From an uncultured Fibrobacteraceae bacterium (lineage in GTDB: Bacteria; Krumholzibacteriota; Krumholzibacteriia; LZORAL124-64-63), in contig CAZLHO010000003.1 in the NCBI GenBank assembly GCA_964559455.1, forward strand, positions 42,963 through 106,962: DNA of 64,000 nucleotides, in the 5' to 3' direction. This document shows positions 8,830 through 16,003 of this stretch, one piece after another. The position numbers were made by a program, and so were the translations under genes. Each line of letters begins with the position of its first letter. Position 1 is the first letter of the stretch. Under the pieces are notes generated by a model. The model worked only from the letters and a program-made list of their open reading frames with translations, ran no database searches and had not been told where the DNA came from.

Positions 8830-8966
8830 AGGACGCGGACCACGCCTTCGCGGAAGGCCCGCGAGGCCGTCGCGGCGGCAGGACGCCGCCGCAGGCCGAG
8901 CGAGAGACGGGGAGACTCACGATGAGTCTCCCCGTTGTCCTTCCTCGAAGGCGTGGTCCGCGTCCT
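8830..8966. repeat. Nested inverted-repeat element filling the convergent intergenic gap (21-bp perfect outer IR enclosing 8-bp and 12-bp perfect hairpins)
   Basis: Outer IR AGGACGCGGACCACGCCTTCG (8830..8850) pairs with CGAAGGCGTGGTCCGCGTCCT (8946..8966). Inner hairpins GCGGCGGC-aggac-GCCGCCGC (~8870..8890) and ACGGGGAGACTC-acgat-GAGTCTCCCCGT (8906..8934). Occupies exactly the space between stop codons at 8827 and 8969. Confidence 0.5.
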
Positions 8967-8968
8967 CG

Positions 8969-9190
8969 TCAGTCTTTGCGCTTGCCTCCGGCCATCCCCA
9001 GCAGCGCATGCGCGATGCAGAAGAGCACGCTGACGGCGGCGAATTCGACCAGGCGGCCGGGGCTGTAGTCCATGAAGCGCAGGGTCTGGCCGTTCCAGTT
9101 CACGATCTTCTCGACGAGGGCGAGCAGCAGCAGCAGGTAGGCCAGCCACAGGAAGACCCCGCCGCCGCGGAAGCGATTGTCGCGGTTCAT
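8969..9190 (-). CDS. Small two-TM membrane protein (73 aa), unknown function
   Basis: ATG at 9190 overlaps the stop of the upstream lipoprotein gene (ATGA). Hydrophobic helices (VFLWLAYLLLLLALV; FAAVSVLFCIAHALLGMA). It is the only coherent part of a 787-aa artefactual ORF. Confidence 0.5.
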   Translation of the reverse strand: MNRDNRFRGGGVFLWLAYLLLLLALVEKIVNWNGQTLRFMDYSPGRLVEFAAVSVLFCIAHALLGMAGGKRKD

Positions 9191-9486
9191 GGCGCACCTC
9201 CCGGGCTCGCGGCGGGCAGCCGGTCGACGATCTTGACGTGGTCGGGGTTGTACTGCCAGGACGTGCGGTAGACGGGCACGTAGGTGATGACGCCCGTCTC
9301 GGGGTTGCTGAACCAGAGCTCGTACCAGTGCGGCTTGCTGTGATGCTGGGTCACGGAGATGAGCTGACCGTACTCGGCGGGCACCTGGTCGAAAGCGACG
9401 AGGCCCTCCAGGGACTCCTGCATCGGGCTGCAGGAGAGCAGCAGAAGAACCCCGCAGGACAAGAGAAGAACGGGCCACATGCGCAT
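9187..9486 (-). CDS. Small lipoprotein (99 aa), unknown function
   Basis: Signal peptide with lipobox (LLLLSCS). Translationally coupled (ATGA) to the downstream membrane protein. Confidence 0.55.
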   Translation of the reverse strand: MRMWPVLLLSCGVLLLLSCSPMQESLEGLVAFDQVPAEYGQLISVTQHHSKPHWYELWFSNPETGVITYVPVYRTSWQYNPDHVKIVDRLPAASPGGAP

Positions 9487-9771
9487 GGCGCTCCTCCTTT
9501 CGCAGGGCCGGACTCCAGGGCCCGACGCTAGCCGATGGGGTGAGAGTTGGCAACGGCGGTTCTTCCCCGGGCCCGCGGGGCTGGGGCGGGGGCCTCCGGT
9601 CGGGACGGCGTGGGGGTGGGTCAGGCCAGACGCGGGGGGCGATGCTTCCGGCTCCAGAGGGGATCCGGGAGCGTGGCCCGGGGCACGAGGCCCCGGGCCC
9701 GCGGACGAATAGGCGGCCGGGCGCAGGAAGCGCCGGCCGCCGTCCCCGATGGAGCCGGAAGCATCGCCCCC

Positions 9772-10191
9772 CTACTCGTCGTCGACCTTCCCCCGCGCCC
9801 GCTTGACCGACGACCGCCGCTTCTTCTCCTCCAGCCGCTTCCGCTGCGACGCAGCCGAAGGCTTCGTCGCCCTGCGCGGGCGGGGCTGCTCCGTGGCCCT
9901 GCGGATCAGTTCGGCCAGGCGGTCCAGGGCGTCCTGGCGGTTGCGCTCCTGGGTGCGGCGGCGGCGGGCGTCGATCACGATCACGCCCTCGTTGGTGGCG
10001 CGGGCGCCGGCCAGCGACAGCAGGCGCGCGCGGACGTCGTCGGGAAGCGAAGGTGAGTGGAGGGCGTCGAAGCGCAGCTGGACGGCGGTGGCCACCTTGT
10101 TCACGTTCTGGCCGCCGGGCCCGCTGGCGCGGACGAAGGCGAACTCCAGCTCTTCGTCGGGAATGGCGATGCGGTTCGTGACGCGGAGCAA
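9772..10191 (-). CDS. arfB: Alternative ribosome-rescue factor ArfB (peptidyl-tRNA hydrolase, GGQ motif); probable TTG start
   Basis: GPGGQNVNKV motif and Lys/Arg-rich C-terminal tail, collinear with E. coli ArfB. No in-frame ATG near the N-terminus; TTG at 10191..10189 preceded by GGGAGG (6-nt spacer) gives MLRVTNRIAIPDEEL. Confidence 0.75.
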   Translation of the reverse strand: MLRVTNRIAIPDEELEFAFVRASGPGGQNVNKVATAVQLRFDALHSPSLPDDVRARLLSLAGARATNEGVIVIDARRRRTQERNRQDALDRLAELIRRATEQPRPRRATKPSAASQRKRLEEKKRRSSVKRARGKVDDE

Positions 10192-10351
10192 GGCGGCCTC
10201 CCGGAGGGTGCGGGGCGCGGGACGGATCGCCGCCAGTATGGTCGCTGGGGGGCGATCCTGTCCAGGACGCCAGGGGGGTTGACGCGGACGGAAGCCGCGA
10301 CGAAACTGGGAGCTCCCGCAGACCGCCACCGCATTCCGAGGAGAGCGCCTC

Positions 10352-11722
10352 ATGCCCGAGATCCCCAACTGCTTCAAGGCCTATGACATCCGCGGCCGCG
10401 TGCCCGATGAGCTGGACGCCGGCCTGGCCCGGCGCATCGGCCGCGCCGCCGTCGCCCACCTGGGCGGACGCCGCTTCTGCGTGGGGCGCGACATCCGCGA
10501 CAGCAGCCCCGAACTGGCCGCGGCCGTGGCGGCGGGGCTGACCGACGCCGGCGCCGACGTCCAGGACCTGGGCCTCTGCGGCACCGAGCAGGTCTATTTC
10601 GCGACCTTCAGCCGGAAGCTGGACGGCGGCGTGATGGTCACCGCCAGCCACAATCCGGTCGGCTACAACGGCCTGAAGATCGTCCGCGAGCAGGCCCGCC
10701 CGGTCAGCGGCGACTCGGGGCTGCGCGACATCGGCGCCCTGGCCGTGGGCGGCGGGCTGGAACCGGCCGCGCAGCCGGGAACCGTCACCGCCGCGCCCTG
10801 CGACGAGGCCTTCGTGCGCTTCCTGCTGGACCTGGTCGATCCCGCCTCGCTGCCGCCGCTGAAGATCGTGGTCAACGCCGGCAACGGCTGCGCCGGACCG
10901 ATCCTGGACCGGCTGGAGCCCGCCCTGCCCGTCAGTTTCGTGCGCGTCAACCACGAGCCCGACGGCAGCTTCCCCAACGGCGTGCCCAACCCCCTGCTGC
11001 CCGGGAACCGGGCCGCCACCGCCGACGCCGTCCGCGCCCACGGCGCCGACCTGGGCCTGGCCTGGGACGGCGATTTCGACCGCTGCTTCTTCTTCGACGA
11101 GAGCGGCGCCTTCGTCGAGGGCTACTACCTGGTCGGCCTGCTGGCCCGCGCCGCCCTGCGCCGCGCCCCGGGGGCGAGCGTCGTCCACGACCCGCGCCTG
11201 GTCTGGAACACCCGGGCCGTGGTCGAGGCCGGCGGCGGCGTGGCGGTGCAGCACAAGGCAGGCCACGCCTTCATCAAGGAGCGCATGCGCGCCGAGGACG
11301 CCGTCTACGGCGGCGAGATGTCGGCCCACCACTACTTCCGCGAGTTCGCCTACTGCGACAGCGGCATGATCCCCTGGCTCTTCGTGCTGCAGGAGATGGC
11401 CGCGACCGGGAAGCCCCTGTCGGCCCTGGTGGCCGAGATGCAGCGCGATTTCCCGGCCAGCGGCGAGATCAACCGCCGCGTCGCCGATCCCGCGGCCGTG
11501 CTGGCCGCGATCGAGAAGCGCTACGGGCCCGAGGCGCGGGAGCTGGACCGCACCGACGGCCTGTCCTTCGACATGGGGCAGTGGCGTTTCAACCTGCGGG
11601 CCTCGAACACCGAGCCCCTGCTGCGTCTGAACGTCGAGGCCCGGGGCGACGCCGACCTGATGCGCCGGCGCACCGACGAGGTCCTGGCCGTGCTCCGGGA
11701 TCTGGGCGCCGAGGATTCCTGA
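10352..11722 (+). CDS. manB: Phosphomannomutase/phosphoglucomutase
   Basis: MPEIPNCFKAYDIRGRV N-terminus, active-site TASHNP, ~456 aa alpha-D-phosphohexomutase. Confidence 0.9.
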   Translation: MPEIPNCFKAYDIRGRVPDELDAGLARRIGRAAVAHLGGRRFCVGRDIRDSSPELAAAVAAGLTDAGADVQDLGLCGTEQVYFATFSRKLDGGVMVTASHNPVGYNGLKIVREQARPVSGDSGLRDIGALAVGGGLEPAAQPGTVTAAPCDEAFVRFLLDLVDPASLPPLKIVVNAGNGCAGPILDRLEPALPVSFVRVNHEPDGSFPNGVPNPLLPGNRAATADAVRAHGADLGLAWDGDFDRCFFFDESGAFVEGYYLVGLLARAALRRAPGASVVHDPRLVWNTRAVVEAGGGVAVQHKAGHAFIKERMRAEDAVYGGEMSAHHYFREFAYCDSGMIPWLFVLQEMAATGKPLSALVAEMQRDFPASGEINRRVADPAAVLAAIEKRYGPEARELDRTDGLSFDMGQWRFNLRASNTEPLLRLNVEARGDADLMRRRTDEVLAVLRDLGAEDS

Positions 11723-11742
11723 GCCGCGCCGGGGAGGCCGCC

Positions 11743-12651
11743 ATGCGGATGCGGACGACGACCCTGATCCTGCTGGCCGCAGTCCTGGTCGCCCTGGCGG
11801 CCCTGCGGCCCGGCGCGCCGGCGGCCGACGCCGCCGACGAGGTCGCGTCGCCGGCGGATGCGTCCCCGGGCGAGGGCTGGAGCCGGCTGGAGCCCGGCCT
11901 GGAGCTGGGCGTCTTCACGGCGCCGGTCCCCGCCGCCTCGGGCGAGTCCCGCATCCGCGTCCTGCGCGTGGACGTCCGCCGCTGGGAGCTGGTCCTCTGC
12001 AACACCTCGGCGCCGGGCGAGGGCGAGCTCCATTCGGCCCGGGAATGGTGCCGGCGCCGGGGGCTGGCCGCGGCGATCAACGCCGGCATGTTCCAGGCCG
12101 ACGGCCAGACCGGCGTCTCGCTGATGCGCACCCGCGACCACGTCAACAATCCCCGGTTGAGCAGGGACAACAGCGTGCTCGCCTTCGACGCCGGCGACGC
12201 CGCCCTGCCGCCGGTCACGCTCATCGACCGCCAGTGCGACGATTTCGAGGCCCTGGCCGAAGGCTACGGAACCCTGGTCCAGGGCATCCGCATGGTCTCG
12301 TGCCGCGGCAACAACGTCTGGGCCCCGCAGGAGCGCCGCTACAGCACGGCCGCCCTGGCCGTCGACGGCGCCGGCCGGGTCCTGCTGATCCACTGCCGCT
12401 CTCCCTACAGCACCCACGACCTGATCGAGAACCTGCTCGCCCTGCCCCTGGACATCGCGCGGGCGATGTACCTCGAGGGCGGGCCCCAGGCCCAGCTGGC
12501 CGTCGAGGCGGGCGGACGCAGCCTGGAGTTCGTGGGCAGCTATCGGACGGGATTGCTGGAGAGCGACCTCAACACGATCGGCTGGCCGGTGCCCAACGTC
12601 CTGGGCGTGGCGCGCCGCAAGGCGATCCAGCAGGGCGGCGGCGAGCAGTAG
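11743..12651 (+). CDS. Secreted hypothetical protein (possibly phosphodiester-glycosidase/DUF2233-like)
   Basis: ATG 11743 with RBS ggggagg. Signal peptide MRMRTTTLILLAAVLVALAAL. Function assignment weak. Confidence 0.55.
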   Translation: MRMRTTTLILLAAVLVALAALRPGAPAADAADEVASPADASPGEGWSRLEPGLELGVFTAPVPAASGESRIRVLRVDVRRWELVLCNTSAPGEGELHSAREWCRRRGLAAAINAGMFQADGQTGVSLMRTRDHVNNPRLSRDNSVLAFDAGDAALPPVTLIDRQCDDFEALAEGYGTLVQGIRMVSCRGNNVWAPQERRYSTAALAVDGAGRVLLIHCRSPYSTHDLIENLLALPLDIARAMYLEGGPQAQLAVEAGGRSLEFVGSYRTGLLESDLNTIGWPVPNVLGVARRKAIQQGGGEQ

Positions 12652-12668
12652 GCGGGCTCGAAAACGAC

Positions 12669-12706
12669 GAAGCGGGCGCCCCCTTGTTCGAGGGGACGCC
12701 CGCTTC
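12669..12706. terminator. Bidirectional intrinsic-terminator-like hairpin between convergent genes
   Basis: GAAGCGGGCGCCCCC-ttgttcga-GGGGACGCCCGCTTC (14/15 bp). On the minus strand it is followed by GUCGUUUUCG. Confidence 0.5.
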
Positions 12707-12731
12707 TCCATGTCGGCCATCGGCCGTTCTG

Positions 12732-13271
12732 CTAGCGGAACAATTCCTTCACGCCGCCCCAGGTCGTGTCCGCGTCGTCGACGGGGACCGTCAGGTAGGC
12801 GCAGGTGCCGGCGGCGGGCGTCGAGGCGCCCTGGCCGTCGCTCAGCGAGACGAAGCTGAAGCTGGGGTGGGGGATGGTGTTCAGGCGGCCGTAGTAGACC
12901 AGGAACTCGCCGGTGAAGAGGGTCAGCTCGCCGAGCACGACGGGCTGGCCGGCCGGATCCACGGGAACGTCCAGGGTCAGTTCGAGGCCGGTCTTGGCGC
13001 TGCCGATCGCCGTGCCGCCGAAGTAGATCTCGTCCAGGATCGTGATGTCGGGAAGGATGTCCAGCATGAAGGCCGCCCCGGCGATGGGGGTGTCGCTGAA
13101 GGCCAGGACCCAGGCGGTGTGCGTCTCGTCGTTGCCGCCGTTCAGGACCGCGTGGGCCTGCAGGCCGTCGGTGTCGAAGTAGACGCCGACCGAAGGGGTC
13201 TGGGCGACGGCGAGGACGGGGGTCAGGCCCAGGGCGAGGGCCAGGATCAGGATCGTTCGCATTCTCTTCAT
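12732..13271 (-). CDS. Small secreted protein (179 aa) ending in conserved tail ...VPVDDADTTWGGVKELFR
   Basis: ATG 13271. Signal peptide MKRMRTILILALALGLTPVLAVAQ. Beta-rich composition. C-terminal tail shared with the 36574..37617 protein. Confidence 0.65.
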   Translation of the reverse strand: MKRMRTILILALALGLTPVLAVAQTPSVGVYFDTDGLQAHAVLNGGNDETHTAWVLAFSDTPIAGAAFMLDILPDITILDEIYFGGTAIGSAKTGLELTLDVPVDPAGQPVVLGELTLFTGEFLVYYGRLNTIPHPSFSFVSLSDGQGASTPAAGTCAYLTVPVDDADTTWGGVKELFR

Positions 13272-13363
13272 GGGGGGCTCCTTTGGCTGCGGTCGTCCCG
13301 GCGGGGTTAAGCCGCCGGCGGGGGCGGCCGGTAAATACCGGATTATTTCCGTCTCTTTTACAA

Positions 13364-13392
13364 ACAATATTCGCATCGTCGCAGATAGTCAA
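13364..13392 (-). promoter_or_regulatory. Sigma-70-like promoter (TTGACT-N17-TATTGT, minus strand) in an AT-rich island upstream of the 13271 gene
   Basis: Minus-strand reading ttgactatctgcgacgatgcgaatattgt. Region 13290..13450 is markedly AT-rich relative to the window. Confidence 0.4.
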
Positions 13393-13474
13393 TATTAAAT
13401 TTGAGTATTATTGTCTTTTTTTAAATGGGCGTCGATGTTGCCATAGATCAACAAGTTGGGCGAATGGATGGAAA

Positions 13475-13498
13475 GGGCCGCGTCAGAGGACGCGGCCC
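13475..13498 (-). terminator. Intrinsic-terminator-like hairpin downstream of the 13528 gene
   Basis: GGGCCGCGTC-agag-GACGCGGCCC perfect 10-bp stem, followed on the minus strand by UUUCC. Confidence 0.5.
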
Positions 13499-13527
13499 GT
13501 AGGGAGGCAGGCGGCGGGCGCGCCGGG

Positions 13528-14673
13528 CTAGAAGACGTCCACGTAGAGCCCGTCGCGCATCAGGGGGCGCGGGCCGTCGGGGCCGTCGAGGTCGACCGAG
13601 ACGACCCGGATGCGGGGCTGCACCTCGGGGATGTAGACGCGGTCGATGTGGACCACGGCCTCCGGCGAGGAGAAGTCGCCCGGGCCCACGACGCCGCCGA
13701 AGTGGTCGCTGCGCCCGAAGGCCACGTGCAGGCCCAGCTTCTCGTCCAGCAGGATGCTGCCGGTCGGCGCCAGGCCGAAGTCGCCGAGCACGCCCAGGCC
13801 CAACTCCGAGAGGTTGGCGTAGGCCGGCTCGTCGACGATGCGGCGGGCCTCGGCCCTGCTCGCCTCGCCCTCGCTCAGCACTGCGACGGCGCGGTTGCCC
13901 TCGATGCGGTAGACGACGACCTCGTCGCCGAACTGCACGGGCAGCTCGCCGCGGCCGCCGCTGGGGTCGCCCGGGCGCTCGCCCTCGTAGGGCACGATGT
14001 AGGTCTCGCCCGAGGGCAGGTTGCCGGCGACGCCGTTGGCGGGGAAGAGGCCGCCCGAGGCGTGGCTCTCGCGGTGGCGCAGGTCCAGGTCGAGCCGGTG
14101 CTCGCGGCCGTCGGCGGCCAGGACCAGGCGGGCCCCGACGGCCGGATCCAGCAGCTCCTTGAGCGCCAGCACGCGCCGGTTGACCTCGCCGTAGTCGATC
14201 CTCAGGGCGGGGATCATCGACGGCAGGAAGCCGGGCATCGTCGCGGCCCGCAGGGCGCGCCCGCGGCAGGCCACCTTCATCGGCGCGGTGGCCGAGAGCT
14301 CGGTCGGGGCCAGCACCATGCTGTGGGCCGCGAAGAGCTCGGCGAAGGGCAGGGTCGCGCGGCCGGCCAGCTCGTCGGCGTGGTGCAGCGCCGCGCCACC
14401 GGGGGCCGGGACGCAGTCCGGCGGCAGGTCGGCGTTGTTGCCCCCGGCGTTGCGGTACCAGGCCAGGGTCACCGTTGCCGGGGCGCCGGCGGCGCCGTCC
14501 AGCAGGCGGACCCACTCGGCGGCCATCCCGCGCCGGGCGCGCCAGTCGGGGTTGTCGGCCACGCGGGCGTCGGGCAGGTCCACGATCACGGCCAGGCCGC
14601 GATCGTCGTCGCCGGGAAGGAAGACGCGCCGGACCAGTTGGACGAGGTCGTCTGCGGACAGGGATTCGTTCAT
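13528..14673 (-). CDS. Hypothetical protein, possibly aminopeptidase-like (M29-type)
   Basis: ATG at 14673 (MNESLSADDLVQLV...). 381 aa. Upstream part of the longer ORF is Arg-rich artefact. Functional call is weak. Confidence 0.5.
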   Translation of the reverse strand: MNESLSADDLVQLVRRVFLPGDDDRGLAVIVDLPDARVADNPDWRARRGMAAEWVRLLDGAAGAPATVTLAWYRNAGGNNADLPPDCVPAPGGAALHHADELAGRATLPFAELFAAHSMVLAPTELSATAPMKVACRGRALRAATMPGFLPSMIPALRIDYGEVNRRVLALKELLDPAVGARLVLAADGREHRLDLDLRHRESHASGGLFPANGVAGNLPSGETYIVPYEGERPGDPSGGRGELPVQFGDEVVVYRIEGNRAVAVLSEGEASRAEARRIVDEPAYANLSELGLGVLGDFGLAPTGSILLDEKLGLHVAFGRSDHFGGVVGPGDFSSPEAVVHIDRVYIPEVQPRIRVVSVDLDGPDGPRPLMRDGLYVDVF

Positions 14674-14854
14674 GGGGATCGCTCCGGAGTCTGGAGAGGT
14701 GGGATGACCGTGCCGGGCGGCAGTATAGCATCGTCCCCGGGCCGCGGGAAGGATTTGGGTGGCACTCCACGCGCCCATGTGGCTATGTTGCAACCGGAAA
14801 ACGGCGCGGCCCCCTTCCGGGACTCCGCCCCGCAACGTCTGCAAGGAGCTCCGC

Positions 14855-15979
14855 ATGAGCCAGAACCGCGAGACCAACCTCGCCCTTTTCATCGATTTCG
14901 ACAACGTCGCCCTGGGCGCGCGCGACGCGCGCAAGCGCTTCGACATCCGCCCCGTGCTCGAGCGCATCCTCGAGAAGGGCAAGATCATCATCAAGAAGGC
15001 CTATGCGGACTGGAGCTACTACCAGGACTACATGGCCGACCTGCACGGGGCCGCGATCGAGCTGATCGAGGTGCCCTCGCCCCGGGTCAGCGGCAAGAAC
15101 AGCGCCGACATCCGCCTGGTCGTGGACGCCATGGACCTGTGCTACAGCAAGGACCACATCGACACCTTCGTCATCATCTCGGGCGACTCCGACTTCTCGC
15201 CCCTGGTGTCGAAGCTGCGCGAGAACAACAAGTCGGTCATCGGCATCGGCATGAAGGATTCCAGCTCGAAGCTGCTGATCCGCAACTGCGACGAGTTCAT
15301 CTTCTACGACGACATCATGCACGCGCCGGCGCCGGCTCGCGCGGTGCGTCTGGACGACGTCCCGCCCGAGAAGCGCAAGCTCTTCAGCCTGATCCTGACC
15401 ACCCTGCAGGGCCTGATGCTCGAGCACAAGGGCGTGCTCTACTCGTCGCTGATCAAGGACACGATCAAGCGCAAGAAGCCCGACTTCAATGAGGGCAACT
15501 GGGGCTACGGCTCGTTCGGCGAGCTGCTGGAGGACGCCCAGGCCCACGGCCTGCTCTCCGCCCGCCGCGACGAGGCCGCCGGCGGCACCTGGGTCGTCGA
15601 GGCCCTGGGCGGCGAGGCCGCGCCGGCGCGCCAGGGCAACGGACGCAAGACCTCGCGCCGGCGTTCGCGCCGCCGGGGTGGCGCCGGAGCCCGCGAGGGC
15701 GCCGACAGCCAGGCCGCGGCCGAGACCCCGGCCGAGAAGAAGGCGTCGGCCGCAGCGGCCGAGAAGAAGGCGCCGGCTCCCGCGGCGGAGGCCGCCCCGG
15801 CGAAGAAGGGCGCGAAGAAGACGACGGCCGCCAAGGCCACGGCCGCGAAGAAGAAGACGACGGCGAAGAAGACGACCGCCGCCAAGAAGACGACGGCGAA
15901 GAAGACGACGGCCAAGAAGACCACCACGCGCAAGAAGACCGCCAAGAAGGCCGCGACGAAGAAGGCGGCCGGCAGCTAG
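14855..15979 (+). CDS. NYN-domain (LabA-like) + OST-HTH/LOTUS protein with Lys/Ala/Thr-rich histone-H1-like C-terminal tail
   Basis: ATG 14855 with RBS aaggag. LALFIDFDNVALG NYN signature. KRKLFSLILTTLQGLM...GYGSFGELLEDAQ OST-HTH-like region. ~110-aa tail of AKK/TTAKK repeats. Confidence 0.8.
   Translation: MSQNRETNLALFIDFDNVALGARDARKRFDIRPVLERILEKGKIIIKKAYADWSYYQDYMADLHGAAIELIEVPSPRVSGKNSADIRLVVDAMDLCYSKDHIDTFVIISGDSDFSPLVSKLRENNKSVIGIGMKDSSSKLLIRNCDEFIFYDDIMHAPAPARAVRLDDVPPEKRKLFSLILTTLQGLMLEHKGVLYSSLIKDTIKRKKPDFNEGNWGYGSFGELLEDAQAHGLLSARRDEAAGGTWVVEALGGEAAPARQGNGRKTSRRRSRRRGGAGAREGADSQAAAETPAEKKASAAAAEKKAPAPAAEAAPAKKGAKKTTAAKATAAKKKTTAKKTTAAKKTTAKKTTAKKTTTRKKTAKKAATKKAAGS
15700..15976 (+). 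repeat. Low-complexity coding repeat (AAKK/TTAKK units) encoding the Lys/Ala-rich tail
   Basis: Reiterated gccaagaag / acgacggcgaagaag units. Confidence 0.6.
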
Positions 15980-16003
15980 CCGGCCGCGCCGCCGGTCTTC
16001 GCG

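Noticed and set aside
15700-15976. Tandem nucleotide repeats in the NYN gene tail as a CRISPR array or VNTR
   Set aside because: The repeats are short, imperfect and in-frame, encoding an AKK/TTAKK low-complexity tail. There are no spacer/repeat units of CRISPR size. No CRISPR arrays were seen anywhere in the window.
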